Positions 13,598-26,888 of a DNA stretch of 64,000 bases are shown here, one piece after another. This DNA comes from Octopus vulgaris. Its lineage: Eukaryota. The stretch is from positions 46,686,001 to 46,750,000 of the forward strand of contig OX597833.1 in the NCBI GenBank assembly GCA_951406725.2. Reading direction: 5' to 3'. Both the position numbers and the translations under genes were made by a program. Positions within the stretch are counted from its first letter, which is position 1. Every line of letters begins with the position of its first letter. The notes under the pieces are model-generated. The model made no database searches. It was not told the origin of the DNA and was given only the letters and a program-made list of their open reading frames with translations.

Positions 13598-14035
13598 TAG
13601 GCGTAGGAATGGCTGTGTGGTAAGTAGCTTGCTTATGAACCACATGGTTCTGGGTTCAGTCCCACTGTGTGGCACCTTGGGCAAGTGTCTTCTACTATAG
13701 CCTCAGGTCGACCAAAACCTTGTGAGTGGATTTGGTAGACGGAAACTGAAAAAAGCCCGTCGTATATATATACAACGGGCTTCTTTCAGTTTCCGTCTAT
13801 ATATATATATATATGTATATGTGTGTATATGTTGGTGTGTCTGTGTTTGCCTCCTCAACATTGCTTGACAACCGATGCTAGTGTGTTTACATCCCCGTAA
13901 CTTAGCAGTTTGACAAAAGAGACTGACAGAATAAGTACTAGGCTTACAAAGAATAAGTCCTGGGGTTGATTTGCTCGACTAAAGGTGGTGCTCCAGCATG
14001 GCCAAAGTCAATTGACTTGAAACAACTAAAAGAGT
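13598..14035 (+). mobile_element. CORE-type SINE with internal fold-back
   Basis: Full head-to-tail copy with an inverted duplication at 13736-13799. Confidence 0.85.
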
Positions 14036-14916
14036 ATTAGTAGTAATAATAATAATTATTATTATTATTATCATCAGTTGTCTGTAAACCCATTAGAATT
14101 TAGCTGAATCATAAGTATATCGTACGTCAAAACTAGTATTGAATCACGGGTCACTTGAAACATTTGCTTCAACACAAATTGTATTCATTGCTGAATGACC
14201 TGGAACTATGATATACTCGTTACCTGTTTAACAAGATTAGGTCAAAAGCAGTGGTAATGGGATATTTTTTTCGTCCGTTTTGTTCTTTAAATTTACATTT
14301 TTATATTTTTATTGTTTACTTGTTTCAGTCATAAGACTGCAACCATGCTACAGCACTGCCTTGAAGGGTTTCACTGAACAAATCCTAAGACTTTTCTAGG
14401 CCCAATATTTTTTCGCTTAGTCTCTTTTGCCAAATCATTAAGCTATAGATGGTGGCAAACACAAATACACACACACACACACACAATCATCATCACCATC
14501 ATCATCATCATCATCATCATTTGACATCTACTTTCTATGTCGACATGGGTTAGATGGTTTGACTGGAGCTGGTCAGCTGGAGAGCAGCACCAGGTTCCAG
14601 TCTGATTTGGTATGGTTTTCTACAGCTGGAGGCCCTTCCTAACGCCAACCACTCCAAGAGTGTAATGGGTGCTTTTCTGCATGCCACCAGCACAGATGCA
14701 ATTTACCTGTCACTGGTAACGAGCACGGTTATGATTTCACAGGTGTCATTTACATGACACTAGCAACAGTCACGAATAAGTACCAGTTAATGGCTGGAAT
14801 GATTTAATTTTATTTTACTCTGCTCCTATAAACATAATTATGTTTACACGAGTGGTGGATGACAAAATCAGTGGTTTTCAGCTAGGAATAACCATGCCTC
14901 AGACATTGGTTATTGC

Positions 14917-15334
14917 TAAGGCGGCAAGCTGGCAGAAATGTTAGCACGCCGGGTGAAATGCATAGCCTTATTTCGTCTGATGCTACATTCTGAGTTCAAA
15001 TTCCGGCAAGGTCGACTTTGCCTTTCATCCTTTTGGGGTCGATAAATTAAGTACCAGTTACGCACTGGGGTCGATGTAATCGACTTAATCTGTTTGTCTG
15101 TCCTTGTTTGTCCCCGCTGTGTTTAGCCCCTTGTGGGTAATAAAGAAATAGGTATCTCGTCTGCCGTTATGTTCTGAGTTCAAATTCCGCCGAGGTCGAC
15201 TTTACCTTTCATCCTTTCGGGGTCGATAAATTAAGTACCAGTTACGCACTGGGGTCAATGTAATCGTCTTAATCCGTTTGTCTGTCCTTGTTTGTCCCCT
15301 CTGTGTTTAGCCCCTTGTGGGTAGTAAAGAAATA
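14917..15334 (+). mobile_element. Nin-domain-type SINE dimer
   Basis: One tRNA-like head and two bodies joined at AAAGAAATAG|GTATCTCGTC. Flanked by the direct repeat AATAACCRTGCCTCAGACA. Confidence 0.8.
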
Positions 15335-15569
15335 AATAACCGTGCCTCAGACAACCCCCACTGGTGATACAAAATGCCTTGTGGTATTTAGTTATATCCT
15401 TCTGAATTCTAAGTTTCACAGCAGACTCCTTTCAGGTTCTGTCTAGCAAATTCACTCATAAAGCAGTGGTCAGCCTGGGACTACAGTAAAAAACACTTGC
15501 CCATGGTGCAACACAGTGGGACTGAACCCCAAAACCACATGTTGCAAAGCAAGCTTACTCTTACTCTCT

Positions 15570-15801
15570 TTTACTCTTTTACTTGTTTCAGTCATTTCAC
15601 TGCGGCCATGCTGGAGCACCGCCTTTAATCGAGCAACTCAACACCGGGACTTATTCTTTTGCAAGCCCAGTACTTATTCTATCGGCCTCTTTTGCCGAAC
15701 CACTAAGTAACGGGGACATAAACACACCAGCATCAGTTGTCAAGCGATGTTGGGGGAACAAACACAGACACACAAACACACACACGCATATATATATATA
15801 T

Positions 15802-15849
<48 letters not shown>

Positions 15850-16253
15850 AACCATAGCGACTGAAGAAGGGGTTTTTTCGTTGTGTTAATTGTCCTGTAC
15901 TCTATTTTTTTGTTGTTTAAAGAAATGTCCAGTTCCTTGGGTTTGTGTCTATGTTTACGTTTCTCATTGTGTTCGACGTCTTTTTGGTGTCCTGTACTCA
16001 TATATGCGTGTATATGTACATGTAGAGGTAGGTATGTACATATATGTTTATATATATGCATATGTTTTATTTATTAATATATATATATATACATATATAC
16101 GACGGGCTTCTTTCAGTTTCTGTCTACCAAATCCACTAACAAGGCTTTGGTCGGCCCGAGGCTATAGTAGAAGACACTTGCCCAAGGTGCCACGCAGTGG
16201 GACTGAACCCGGAACCATGTGGTTGGTAAACAAGCTACTTACCACACAGCCAC
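15570..16253 (-). mobile_element. CORE-type SINE split by a (GA)n tract and an unclassified ~230-bp insert
   Basis: Tail half at 15570-15800 and head half at 16095-16253. Confidence 0.75.
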
Positions 16254-16764
16254 TAAATTTCATATTTGTTTTGTTTGTTTTCTTCGGTCCCTGAGAAAAA
16301 CGGCAAAGTAACAATTCTGATGTTCTAACAATTCAACCAGCTGACTGCCATTAATGATTATGGACTCACCTGTTGAAGACAACATATGACTGTACAGATT
16401 TTGCTGAGCAATTGACTGCGGCCATGCTGGAGCAGCGCCTTTAATCGAGCAACTCGACCCCGGGACTTATTCTTTTGTAAGCCCAGTACTACAACTTGAC
16501 ACCCAGTGATGGTTTGTTTATGTCCTTGTAACTTAGCAGTTTGACAAAAGAGAACAATAGCACAAGTAGCAGATTTAAATAAATACATACTGGGGCTGAT
16601 TGGTTTGCTTCACAGGAGAGTCCATAATAATAATAATAATAATAATAATAATTAGTACTGATAATATAATAACAATAGAAAGAAGGAGTTGTTTCTATAG
16701 CCTTTGTAGTTTCTCCAAGACTGGTGAGACTGGCGCTATTAGTGTTTCTATTTAACCAGGTTTC

Positions 16765-17362
16765 TAATTTCTTTATTGCCCACAAGGGGCTAAACATAGA
16801 GGGGACAAACAAGGACAGACAAACGGATTAAGTCGATTACATCAACCCCCAGTGAGTAACCGGTACTTAATTTATTGACTCCGAAAGGATGAAAGGCAAA
16901 GTCGACCTTGGCGGAATTTGAACTCAGAACACAGCGGAGGACAAAATACCTATTTCTTTACTACCCACAAGGGGCTAAATACAGAGAGGACAAACAAGGA
17001 CAGACAAACAGATTAAGTTGATTACATCGACCCCAGTGCGTAACAGGTACTTAATTTATTGACCCCAAAAGGATGAAAGGCAAAGTCTCAGTGGAATTTG
17101 AATTCAGAACACAGCGGAGGACAAAATACCTATTTCTTTACTACCCAGAAGGGGCTAAACACAGAGAGGACAAACAAGGACAGACAAACAGATTAAGTCG
17201 ATTACATCAACCCCAGTACGCAACTAGTACTTAATTTATCAACCCCAAAAGGATGAAAGGCAAAGTCGACCTCGGCAGAATATGAACTCAGAACGCAGCA
17301 GCAGACGAAATACCACAAAGCATTTCACTCGGCGTGCTAACATTTCTACCAGCTTGCCACCT
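16765..17362 (-). mobile_element. Nin-domain-type SINE trimer
   Basis: Three ~180-bp bodies and one head, with direct repeat TGTTTCTATTTAACCA at 16743-16758 and 17363-17378. Confidence 0.85.
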
Positions 17363-17984
17363 TGTTTCTATTTAACCACTCTAACACCCTGCAGGGTGGC
17401 TATGAGCAGAGGGGAAATTTCAAAAAGCCGATTGGAGTAAACCTTGCTCCAGCTCAGTATGTTGTCCAGGGGTTATCTTCATGGGTGGAGGTGGAGAGAA
17501 AGCCACTGGTCAATGTTATATTTCCCACAATGGAGAGGCATCGCAATAGCATAATTTGACCCTTTCGCTTCATCTTGGTGACGATTTATCATAATATCAG
17601 TGTTTAAATTCAACCAAAGTATTTATACTGCTCTGACTTATGTTTAACTTGTGCCTCGTTCAAATAAATCACTATTTCAAATGTCTCACCAATGAAAATC
17701 TATTACTTATTATCATTGTTATTTTCATTATTATTATTATTATTACTATTATTATTATTATTATTAAGAAGAAAGTAAGGAATAAGGAATGAATAACTTT
17801 TAAGACCGATTGCTAAAACACGTGCAGCATATACCTGAATACTTTCAGAATTTATTAGTCTTCCATTTCCATGCAGTAACAGTGAGTGCAAGACTACAAA
17901 ATAGAATTTTATTACTTTCTCACAACTATAAATTCACTTTCAGGAAGATGATGGTACACACACACACACACATACATACATATG

Positions 17985-18040
<56 letters not shown>

Positions 18041-18132
18041 AGAACAAGAGAAAGTGAACTATAAAAATCAATGAATATGCACCCTAACAATAGTGCTTGA
18101 TGAAACAACAGCACCACCACCACCACCACCAC

Positions 18133-18173
<41 letters not shown>

Positions 18174-18180
18174 TAATGAC

Positions 18181-18212
<32 letters not shown>

Positions 18213-18235
18213 TAATAACAATAATAATAACAATA

Positions 18236-18267
<32 letters not shown>

Positions 18268-18317
18268 GTAATAATAATAATAGTAACAATGACAATAATA
18301 ATAATAATAATAATGAC

Positions 18318-18385
<68 letters not shown>
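18133..18385. repeat. (AAT)n microsatellite
   Basis: Long imperfect AAT array that produces the poly-I/Y/L ORFs. Confidence 0.95.
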
Positions 18386-18386
<1 letters not shown>

Positions 18387-18599
18387 TTTCCACAATGGTT
18401 ACAAACAATATGCTGTAAGAAGAAACTATTTTCTTGTGAAAAAAACCTTCAGATTTCCTTATCCAAGCCATGTAAAAGGAAGACGAAAGTAAATACTAAG
18501 AAGAAAAAAAGAACATAAAAAATAAACAATTTCAGACACATGCACACACATATGTAGAGAGACAGACAGACAGACAGAGTGGAAATTGTGTGTACAGGA

Positions 18600-18872
18600 T
18601 GTACATATACAGATTATACATACACATACATATAAATATATACACACACACACACACATATGTATGTATGTATATATATATATATATAGATAGATAGATA
18701 GATAGACAGAGAGAGAGAGAGAAAGAGAAAGGTATGCATGTATATATATGTATATACATATATATATAGAGAGAGGTATGTATGCATATATGTGTGTGTG
18801 TATGTATGTATGTATATGTATGTACGTATGTATGTATATACATGTGTGTATCTATATATGTGTGTGTGCGTA

Positions 18873-18911
<39 letters not shown>

Positions 18912-18916
18912 GTATG

Positions 18917-18963
<47 letters not shown>

Positions 18964-19076
18964 GTGTGTATCTATATATGTGTATATATGCGTGTGTCTA
19001 TGTATTTCTATATATATATACACACACACAAATACATATGCTACACACATATAAATATACACACAGATATATATAT

Positions 19077-19119
<43 letters not shown>

Positions 19120-19264
19120 CATATATGTATGTATATATATGTGTGTATCTATATATGTGTATATATGCGTGTGTCTATGTATTTCTATATATATACATAA
19201 ATATATACACACACAAATACATATCTACACACATATAAATATACACACACATATATATACATAT

Positions 19265-19297
<33 letters not shown>

Positions 19298-19357
19298 CAT
19301 ACATATATATATATATATCCATACACATATATAGATACACACATATATACATACCTC

Positions 19358-19398
<41 letters not shown>

Positions 19399-19450
19399 AC
19401 GCACTTACAACTTACCACACACACACCTACATATATATAATATATAAAAC
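18600..19450. repeat. Compound (TA)/(TG)/(CA) microsatellite field
   Basis: Alternating purine-pyrimidine tracts with a short internal duplication. Confidence 0.9.
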
Positions 19451-19588
19451 AATTTATTTTATACGGCAATATATAGTGTACAATATACTATAAGTAGAAA
19501 CAAATTTCTTGTTAAATAGTTTTCAGATTTCTTATCCCAAACTATGTAAGATGAAGAAGAAAACACACACACACACAGATACATTTAT

Positions 19589-19641
<53 letters not shown>

Positions 19642-20774
19642 CACACAAGCATATATAGATATAAATATGTATAACTATTTATTTTACAAATTACATTTGT
19701 CTTTGCAAATTTGGCACAACTTGTTTTATTTCGCTTTTTTTTTTTTCTTTCCTTAAGTTTTTCTTATTTCAACAAAGCTTCTCAATAAGAATGAAATTCG
19801 AAGAAACTAATAAATTGTTAGCTTACGGCTAAACACTATCAAAACGGAAGCTAAAGAGGAAGAATTTCTTGCAACATGTACAAGAAGACAAAACAAAAAA
19901 ATAGAGAAAGAACAAAAAAAATATTTAAAAAATACAGCCTTCCAAAGAAGACTGCCTTTCTCTGCTTCTATATGGTTTAGTCAAGCAGTAAACACTATTT
20001 CAATAAGATAATCTTTTTGCATTAAAAAAAAAGGATTTTTTTTTATTATTTTATTTTTTGCTTTTGTATTAACTTAATTAAAATACATTTCCACAACAAG
20101 CCAATGAAAGTGTTTCTCTGTGGTAGTGTATCCTGTTGGATATAGCATGTGAATTTCTCCCAGATTATATCTTTACCAGCATTATAAAAAATATATATAA
20201 ATGATGCTGTGAATGATGCAGTCCTAGGTACGCTCTCTCTTTACTCTTGATTATAGAAAACCAGCAGTCACCCATTCATACCAGCCTCCCGTTTCCACAC
20301 CAGTGATGTTATCCAAGAGAAAGGCAAAAGCTGATACAGCTTGGCACCAGTGGTGTCGCAACTCATTTCTACACCTGAGTGAACTGGAGCAATATAAAAT
20401 AAAGTCTCTTTCTCAAGAACTCAACACACAGCCTGGTCCGGGTATTGAACTCACTACGTCATGATTGTGAGCTCGACGTTCTAACCACCGAGCCATGTGC
20501 CTTCACATATTATTAATGATAGGTGAATATTTCTTCATAATAAATTTCTTTTTGTAAAAAGAAAGGAGAAAAACCACAACTGACCGAGTTGATGCAGCCT
20601 TGTTAGAGGTAAGAAACCCTGAGGGTTTTGTCAGTTTATAGTGCCTAGTTGATAGTGGCTTTAAGTAGAAGACACTTTCCCAAGGTGCCACACAGTGGGA
20701 CTGAACTCAAAACCACGTGGCTGCAAAAAACCTTCTCAACCACACAGTCATGTCAGCGCCCATAATTATACTCT

Positions 20775-20977
20775 TACTCTTTTACTGGTTTCAGCCATTT
20801 GACTGCGGCCATGCTGGAACACCACCTTTAGTCGAGCAAATCGACCCCAGGACTTATTCTTTTTAAGCCCAGTACTTATTCTATCGGTCTCTTTTGCCGA
20901 ACCGCTAAGTGACGGGGATGTAAACACACCAGCATCGGTTGTCAAGCAATGCTAGGGGGACAAACACGGACACACAA

Positions 20978-21034
<57 letters not shown>

Positions 21035-21203
21035 TATACGACAGACTTCTTTCAGTTTCCGTCTACCAAATCCACTCACAAGGCATTGGTCGGCCCGGGG
21101 CTATAGCAGAAGACACTTGCCCAAGATGCCACGCAGTGGGACTGAACCCGGAACGATGTGGTTGGTTAGCAAGCTACTTACCACACAGCCACTCCTGTGC
21201 CTA
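20775..21203 (-). mobile_element. CORE-type SINE
   Basis: Full-length reverse copy of the 11106 family. Confidence 0.85.
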
Positions 21204-21261
21204 TGTCATAATTATTTTTTAAAAAAAGTTTCATTTTCCTCCTCCTCACCCCTCATCTACC

Positions 21262-21297
<36 letters not shown>

Positions 21298-22740
21298 GTA
21301 ACTATTATATAATTACACAACACAAGAATTATGCAAGCTCATTAACAAGTTGTTTACAAGATAATTTAAACTGTGTGGGTGAGGTTTTTTTTGTTTTTTG
21401 CTTTAATTTGTTTTGGTCTGGGTTTGAGTTTTTTTTTTTTTTTGGGTTTTTTTTTTTTTGCAGAATTGTGGTGTGGGGTGGATGGGCTGGGTTCTTTGTT
21501 CAAGTGTCTCGTTTCTTTACCCAGTGACTGAATAACTGATTGCTATATATAGCAATTAGTTTTATATTTCTTAGGAGAAGATGGCGGAGTAGGAGGATGC
21601 AGGTAATGGTGGACACAGTGGCCAGAGAGAGAGAGAGAGAGAGAGGAGGAGGGTCTGAGTCTGAGAGTGGGGTAAGGGTGGAAGTAGAGAAGAAAGAAGA
21701 AGAAAACGAGAGAGTAAAACAAAGGGACCTTCATGGAAGACAGAAGATGAAGCTGGCTCCTAAATATCCCAATGGTAAAATGTGTCAGATTTCTTCCTAC
21801 AAGAGTAACAGGAAAACATTTTGATTCTAGAAACAGCAGCAGTTGTAGCTGTTGGTAGTTTTTAAACCAAGGTCAGCTCCGATCCAATAGAACTATGGTG
21901 AAAAGCATTTCAGCTGTGATTAGCCCCATCTTTTTCATATGAGTAGAGTACCCAGGATTCCATACATTATCCAACACGTCCTTTTCTAAGAATGGTAAGG
22001 CATGATATCAGGATGATTTTGGCTTGCATTTCTGGTAAACCAGTTGACCATGTAGGGCAGAGGTTGTCAACTATTTTGCATCTGTAGACCCCTTTTTTTT
22101 TTTTTACTTTACTCTAGTGAACCCCACTAGCCTTTTGATATTTAGAAAAGTCTCATTATATTTTTGTAATTAAATATTATTAATAACTGTATAAAAAAAA
22201 AATTCTTGAAATACTTTGCAGGAGTGGCTGTATGGTAACTAACTTGCTTACTAACGACATGGTTCCAGGTTCAGTCCCACTGTGTGGCACCATGGACAAG
22301 TGTCTTCTACTATAGCCTCAGGTCAACCAAAGCTTTATGAGTGGATTTGGTAGACAGAAACTGAAAGAAGCCCATCGTGTGTGTGTGTCTATGTATATAT
22401 GTATGTATGTGTGTGTGTGTATGTGTGTATGTGTGTATGTGTGTGTGTATGTATGTATGTATGCATGTATGTGTGTGTATTTGTTTGCGTCTGTGTTTGT
22501 CCCTCCAACATTGCTTGAAAACTGATGCTAGTGTGTTTATCAAATCCCATAACATATTTTCTTTTATTCGTTTCAGTTTTTTGACTGCAGCCATGCTGGA
22601 GCACCACCTTTAGTCGAGCAAATCGACCCCAGGACTTATTCTTTATTATGGTATAATATAAACAACAAAGTTACCCTTAACCAGAACCCCTAAACAAGCT
22701 CAACCCTATGAGAACAATAATTCCAATGAAAATATATATG

Positions 22741-23058
22741 TAGGTGCAGGAGTGGCTGTGTGGTAAGTAGCTTGCTAACCAACCACATGGTTCTGGGTTC
22801 AGTCCCACTGCGTGGCATCTTGGGCAAGTGTCTTCTGCTATAGCCCCGGGCCGACCAATGCCTTATGAGTGGATTTGGTAGACGGAAACTGAAAGAAGCC
22901 TGTCGTATATATGTATCATCATCATCATCATCGTTTAGCATCCGTTTTCCATGCTAGCATGGGTTGGACGGTTCTACTGGGGTCTGTGAAGCCAGAAGGC
23001 TTCATCAGGCCCAGTCAAATCTGGCAGTGTTTCTACGGCTGGATGCCCTTCCTAACGC

Positions 23059-23090
<32 letters not shown>

Positions 23091-23313
23091 GTGTGTGTAT
23101 GTGTGTGTGTTTGTCCCCCTAGCATTGCTTGAGAACCGATGCTGGTGTGTTTATGTCTCCGTTACTTAGCGGTTCAGCAAAAGAAACTGATAGAATAAGT
23201 ACTGGGCTTACAAAGAATAAGTCCCAGGGTCGATTTGCTCGACTAAAGGTGGTGCTCCAGCATGGCCGCAGTCAAATGACTGAAACAAGTAAAAGAGTAA
23301 AAGAGTAAAGAGA
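22741..23313 (+). mobile_element. CORE-type SINE with an antisense RTE 3' fragment (about 22915-23057) in its central (TA)n
   Basis: SINE head and core, then (CAT)n-CGTTTAGCATCCGTTTTCCATGCTAGCATGGG...CTTCCTAACGC, then the SINE tail. Confidence 0.8.
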
Positions 23314-23387
23314 GTATACACACACACACACACAGAAGAAAACAAACAAAATAACCAGGATCATTACAGGTGGAATTTATTAGATCT

Positions 23388-23688
23388 TAGTGGTTAGGAA
23401 ATTTGGCTCATGATCGTAAAGTCATGAGTTCAATTCCCAGCAGTACATCGTGTCCTTGAGCAAGACACTTTATTTAACATTGCTCCAGTCCACTCAGCTA
23501 GCAAATATGAGTTGTACCTGTATTTCAAAAGGGCCAGCCTCATCACATTCTGAATCATGCTGAATCTCCCTGAGAACTACATTAAGGGTACCCATGTCTG
23601 TGGAGTGCTCAACCACTTGCACATTGATTTCATGTCCCATTGATCAGACCAACAGGAACCCTTGCCATCATAACCAATGAAGTGCCAT
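23388..23688 (+). mobile_element. Second CORE-type tRNA-derived SINE family
   Basis: TAGTGGTTAGG...GAGTTCAATTCCC...GTGTCCTTGAGCAAGACACTT. Related reverse copies lie at about 32375-32700 and 20270-20505. Confidence 0.7.
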
Positions 23689-25134
23689 AACAGGTAGTTA
23701 GCTTAATCAGAATAAACTCACGGGTCTATTCTTTCACAGTTGACCTGGAGCTAAACAAAAAAAAAAAAAACATTTTTTTTTGTATTTTTTACTTTCAATA
23801 TGCTTCCAATGGGAAACTCAAAGACAAGAAATGTCTGATATGGAAGATAAATTCCACTTAAGTTGCTTCATTAAATTTTCCATATTCATAATTTTAAGCT
23901 TTTTTTTTTTAAAAATGTTTTTTTTTTAAATCAATATTTGAATAATTCATTTTCTTTTTAGAGATATTTTTATGGAATCTGGAAAAAATTAATTTTTATA
24001 GAGAAATTCTATCTCCTATTATTAAACAGTATTAAAAACCTTAAGCCATAAAAAAACCCATCTATTTTCTTTTCTTTTTCATTTTTTTTTTTTTACTGAC
24101 TATGTGATTCGAAGGAGATTCAGTTACAGGTGAATGATGAAATATTATCATAGAATATATTCTTTTACACTAAGATGAAAGTGAAAAAATATGTTCCAGG
24201 TCTTAACAACAACTAAACCAGAGACAGTGACAATCTCAAAAAAAAAAAAAAATACCACTAAAAAAAAAAAAGTACAAGAGCATGCCTGTACATAACTATG
24301 ATTCATTCAGCACTGATTGTTTAGTGTGCATCTAAAACAATGGTCTCAACTGGTTTTTAACCTACGGGCCTCTTTGATTACTATTTTACTCCAGTGGACC
24401 CCCATCACCAATCAAAATTTCAAAACTAATTTTATAGATACTGCTTTCAAAATTCCTATTTTGCTTTTCACATTTTAATCCTTTAGCATTCGGATTACTT
24501 AACCAAAGTGTAATGCTTATTTATTGATGTTGTTTTGAATTAACCATATATTTTCTTGTAGCTTCAAAATTTTAAGGATGTGATTGTTTATTTTTAGACT
24601 GACATTGCAGGGCAGTTGTAAGACAGAATTTGTGGCCAGATGTGGCCAGTTTAAATGCTAAAGGGTTAACTTGTGTAGGCTGAAGTATGCGAGAGAAAGA
24701 AATTTTGCTCTTCCTTGCAAACGATACATCAAAAGCAAAATTTTTTTCATGGACACTCATAATACTACTCTGAGTCCTAAATTTACTATTTTGCCTGTGT
24801 GGACCCCCAAAAATACTATACGGACTCCTGGGGGTCTTATTAAAAACCACTGATCAAAATAATTTATTCCAGTTTCACAAAGCTTTTTGCACACTGGTAA
24901 ATGCAATATTTGCTATTCTAATATAAGAGTGACCAGCTCTTAGTGGCTGTGAATGACGACTGATGAAGTGCAATGACACAGAAGTGTATGGTCTGATGAT
25001 GTCATTCATGGCCTAGTGATATGTTTACACATGTAGTATCTCATAAAGAGAATTTCTTTTCTTAAGACTATTTCTGAAGCTTATTGTCTTTTTATGTCCA
25101 AATGTACAAAGAGATATTGAATATGACACTTTTA

Positions 25135-25537
25135 TTCTTTTACGTGTTTCAGTCATTTGACTGTGGCCATACTGGAGCACCGCCTTCAGTCGAGAAAATC
25201 GACCCCAGGACTTATTCTTTGTAAGCCTAATACTTGTTCTATTGGTCTCTTTTGCCGAACCACTAAGTTATGAGAATGTAAACACACCAGCATCGGTTGT
25301 CAAGGGACAAATACAGACACACAAACATATACACACGCTTACACATATATATATATATATATACATATATACAACGAGCTTCTTTCAGTTTCCGACTACC
25401 AAATCCACTCACAAGGATTTGGCCAGCCTGAGGCTATAGTAGAAGACAGTTGCCCAAGGTGCCATGCAGTGGGACTGAACCCAGAACCATGTGGTTCATA
25501 AGCAAGCTACTTACCACACAGTCACTCCTACGCCTAT
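25135..25537 (-). mobile_element. CORE-type SINE
   Basis: Full reverse copy. Confidence 0.85.
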
Positions 25538-25722
25538 AACTGTACACAAGTATATACGAGATACCAATAATTTTCAAATTAAGAATTAATCAATCAACTC
25601 TGAAACAAAGTTGACAGCTTTCAGTATTTAGGAACCACCATAATGTTAGATAGGTGAAAAACATTAAAGAAATTAAGGAGTAGGCAAGACAAGGTTGCTT
25701 TCGTTGAGATAGAAAACATATA

Positions 25723-26146
25723 TAGGCGCAAGAGTGGCTTTGTGGTAAGTAGCTTGCTTATGAACCACATGGTTCCAGGTTCAGTCCCACTGTGTGGCAC
25801 CTTGGGCAAGTGTCTTCTACTATAGCTTCAGGCTGACCAAAGCCTTGTGAGTGGATTTGGTAGACGGAAACTGAAAGAAGCCTGTTGTGTGTGTGTATAT
25901 ATATATATATATGTGTGTATGTGTGTGTGTTTGTGTGTTTGTGTTTGTTCCCCCAACATCGCTTGACAACTGATGCTGGTGTGTTTACATCCCCGTAACT
26001 TAGCGGTTCAGCAAAAAAGACCGATAGAATAAGTACTGGGCTTACAAAGAATAAGTCCCAGGGTCGAGTTCCTCGATTAAAGGTGGTGCTCCAGCATGGC
26101 CGCAGTCAAATGACTGAAACAAGTAAAAGAGTAAAAGAGTAAAGAG
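25723..26146 (+). mobile_element. CORE-type SINE
   Basis: Full forward copy with (TAAAAGAG)n tail. Confidence 0.85.
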
Positions 26147-26212
26147 AGTATATATATATTGTCACAAAATGTAATACAACACACCATCAACTTTAAAAAG
26201 TTTTATTATATA

Positions 26213-26255
<43 letters not shown>

Positions 26256-26487
26256 CTAAATGATGATGATATATATATATATATCTGTAAGGCAATAAGC
26301 TGGCAGAATCATTAGCATGATGGACAAAATGCTTAGCAGCATTTCTTCCAGCTTTACATTCTGAGTTCAATTTCTGCCAAGGTAAACTTTAGGAGGCATG
26401 ATGCTGTGAAACTATCTGAGATAAAATCCCTCCAGAAACTTTTTGTGTTAAAAACACAATATATTATATTTGTGTTAAAACACAATG

Positions 26488-26660
26488 TAGGCACAGGAGT
26501 GGCTGTGTTGTAAGTAGCTTGCTAACCACCCACATGGTTCCAGGTTCAGTCCAACTGTGTGACATCTTGGGCAAGTGTCTTCTGCTATAGCCCCGGGCCG
26601 ACCAATGCCTTGTGAGTGGATTTGGTAGATGGAAACTGAACGAAGCCTGTCATATATATG

Positions 26661-26691
<31 letters not shown>

Positions 26692-26888
26692 GTGTTTGTC
26701 CCCCTAGCATTGCTTGACAACCGATGCTGGTGTGTTTACGCCCCCATGACTTAGCGGTTCGTCAAAAGAGACCGATAGAATAAGTACTGGGCTCACAAAG
26801 AATAAGTCCCGGGGTCGATTTGCCCGACTAAAGGCGGTGCTCCAGCATGGCCGCAGTCAAATGACTGAAACAAGTAAAAAGAAAAAGA
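26488..26888 (+). mobile_element. CORE-type SINE
   Basis: Full forward copy. Confidence 0.85.

Noticed and set aside
16360-16412. Strong minus-strand donor CAG|GTGAGT
   Set aside because: The upstream sequence runs into a rearranged SINE patch with no clear acceptor, and the peptides do not resemble PPP1R16.
18532-19469. Y/I/H/T/C/V-rich ORFs
   Set aside because: These are translations of (TA)/(CA)/(TG) microsatellites.
20077-20172. Protein-like minus-strand reading YNLGEIHMLYPTGYTTTEKHFHWLVVEMYFN
   Set aside because: There is an in-frame stop just upstream, only a weak AAG acceptor and no family I can recognise.
25723-25800. SINE heads as tRNA genes
   Set aside because: They have A/B boxes but no complete cloverleaf, and they continue into SINE bodies.
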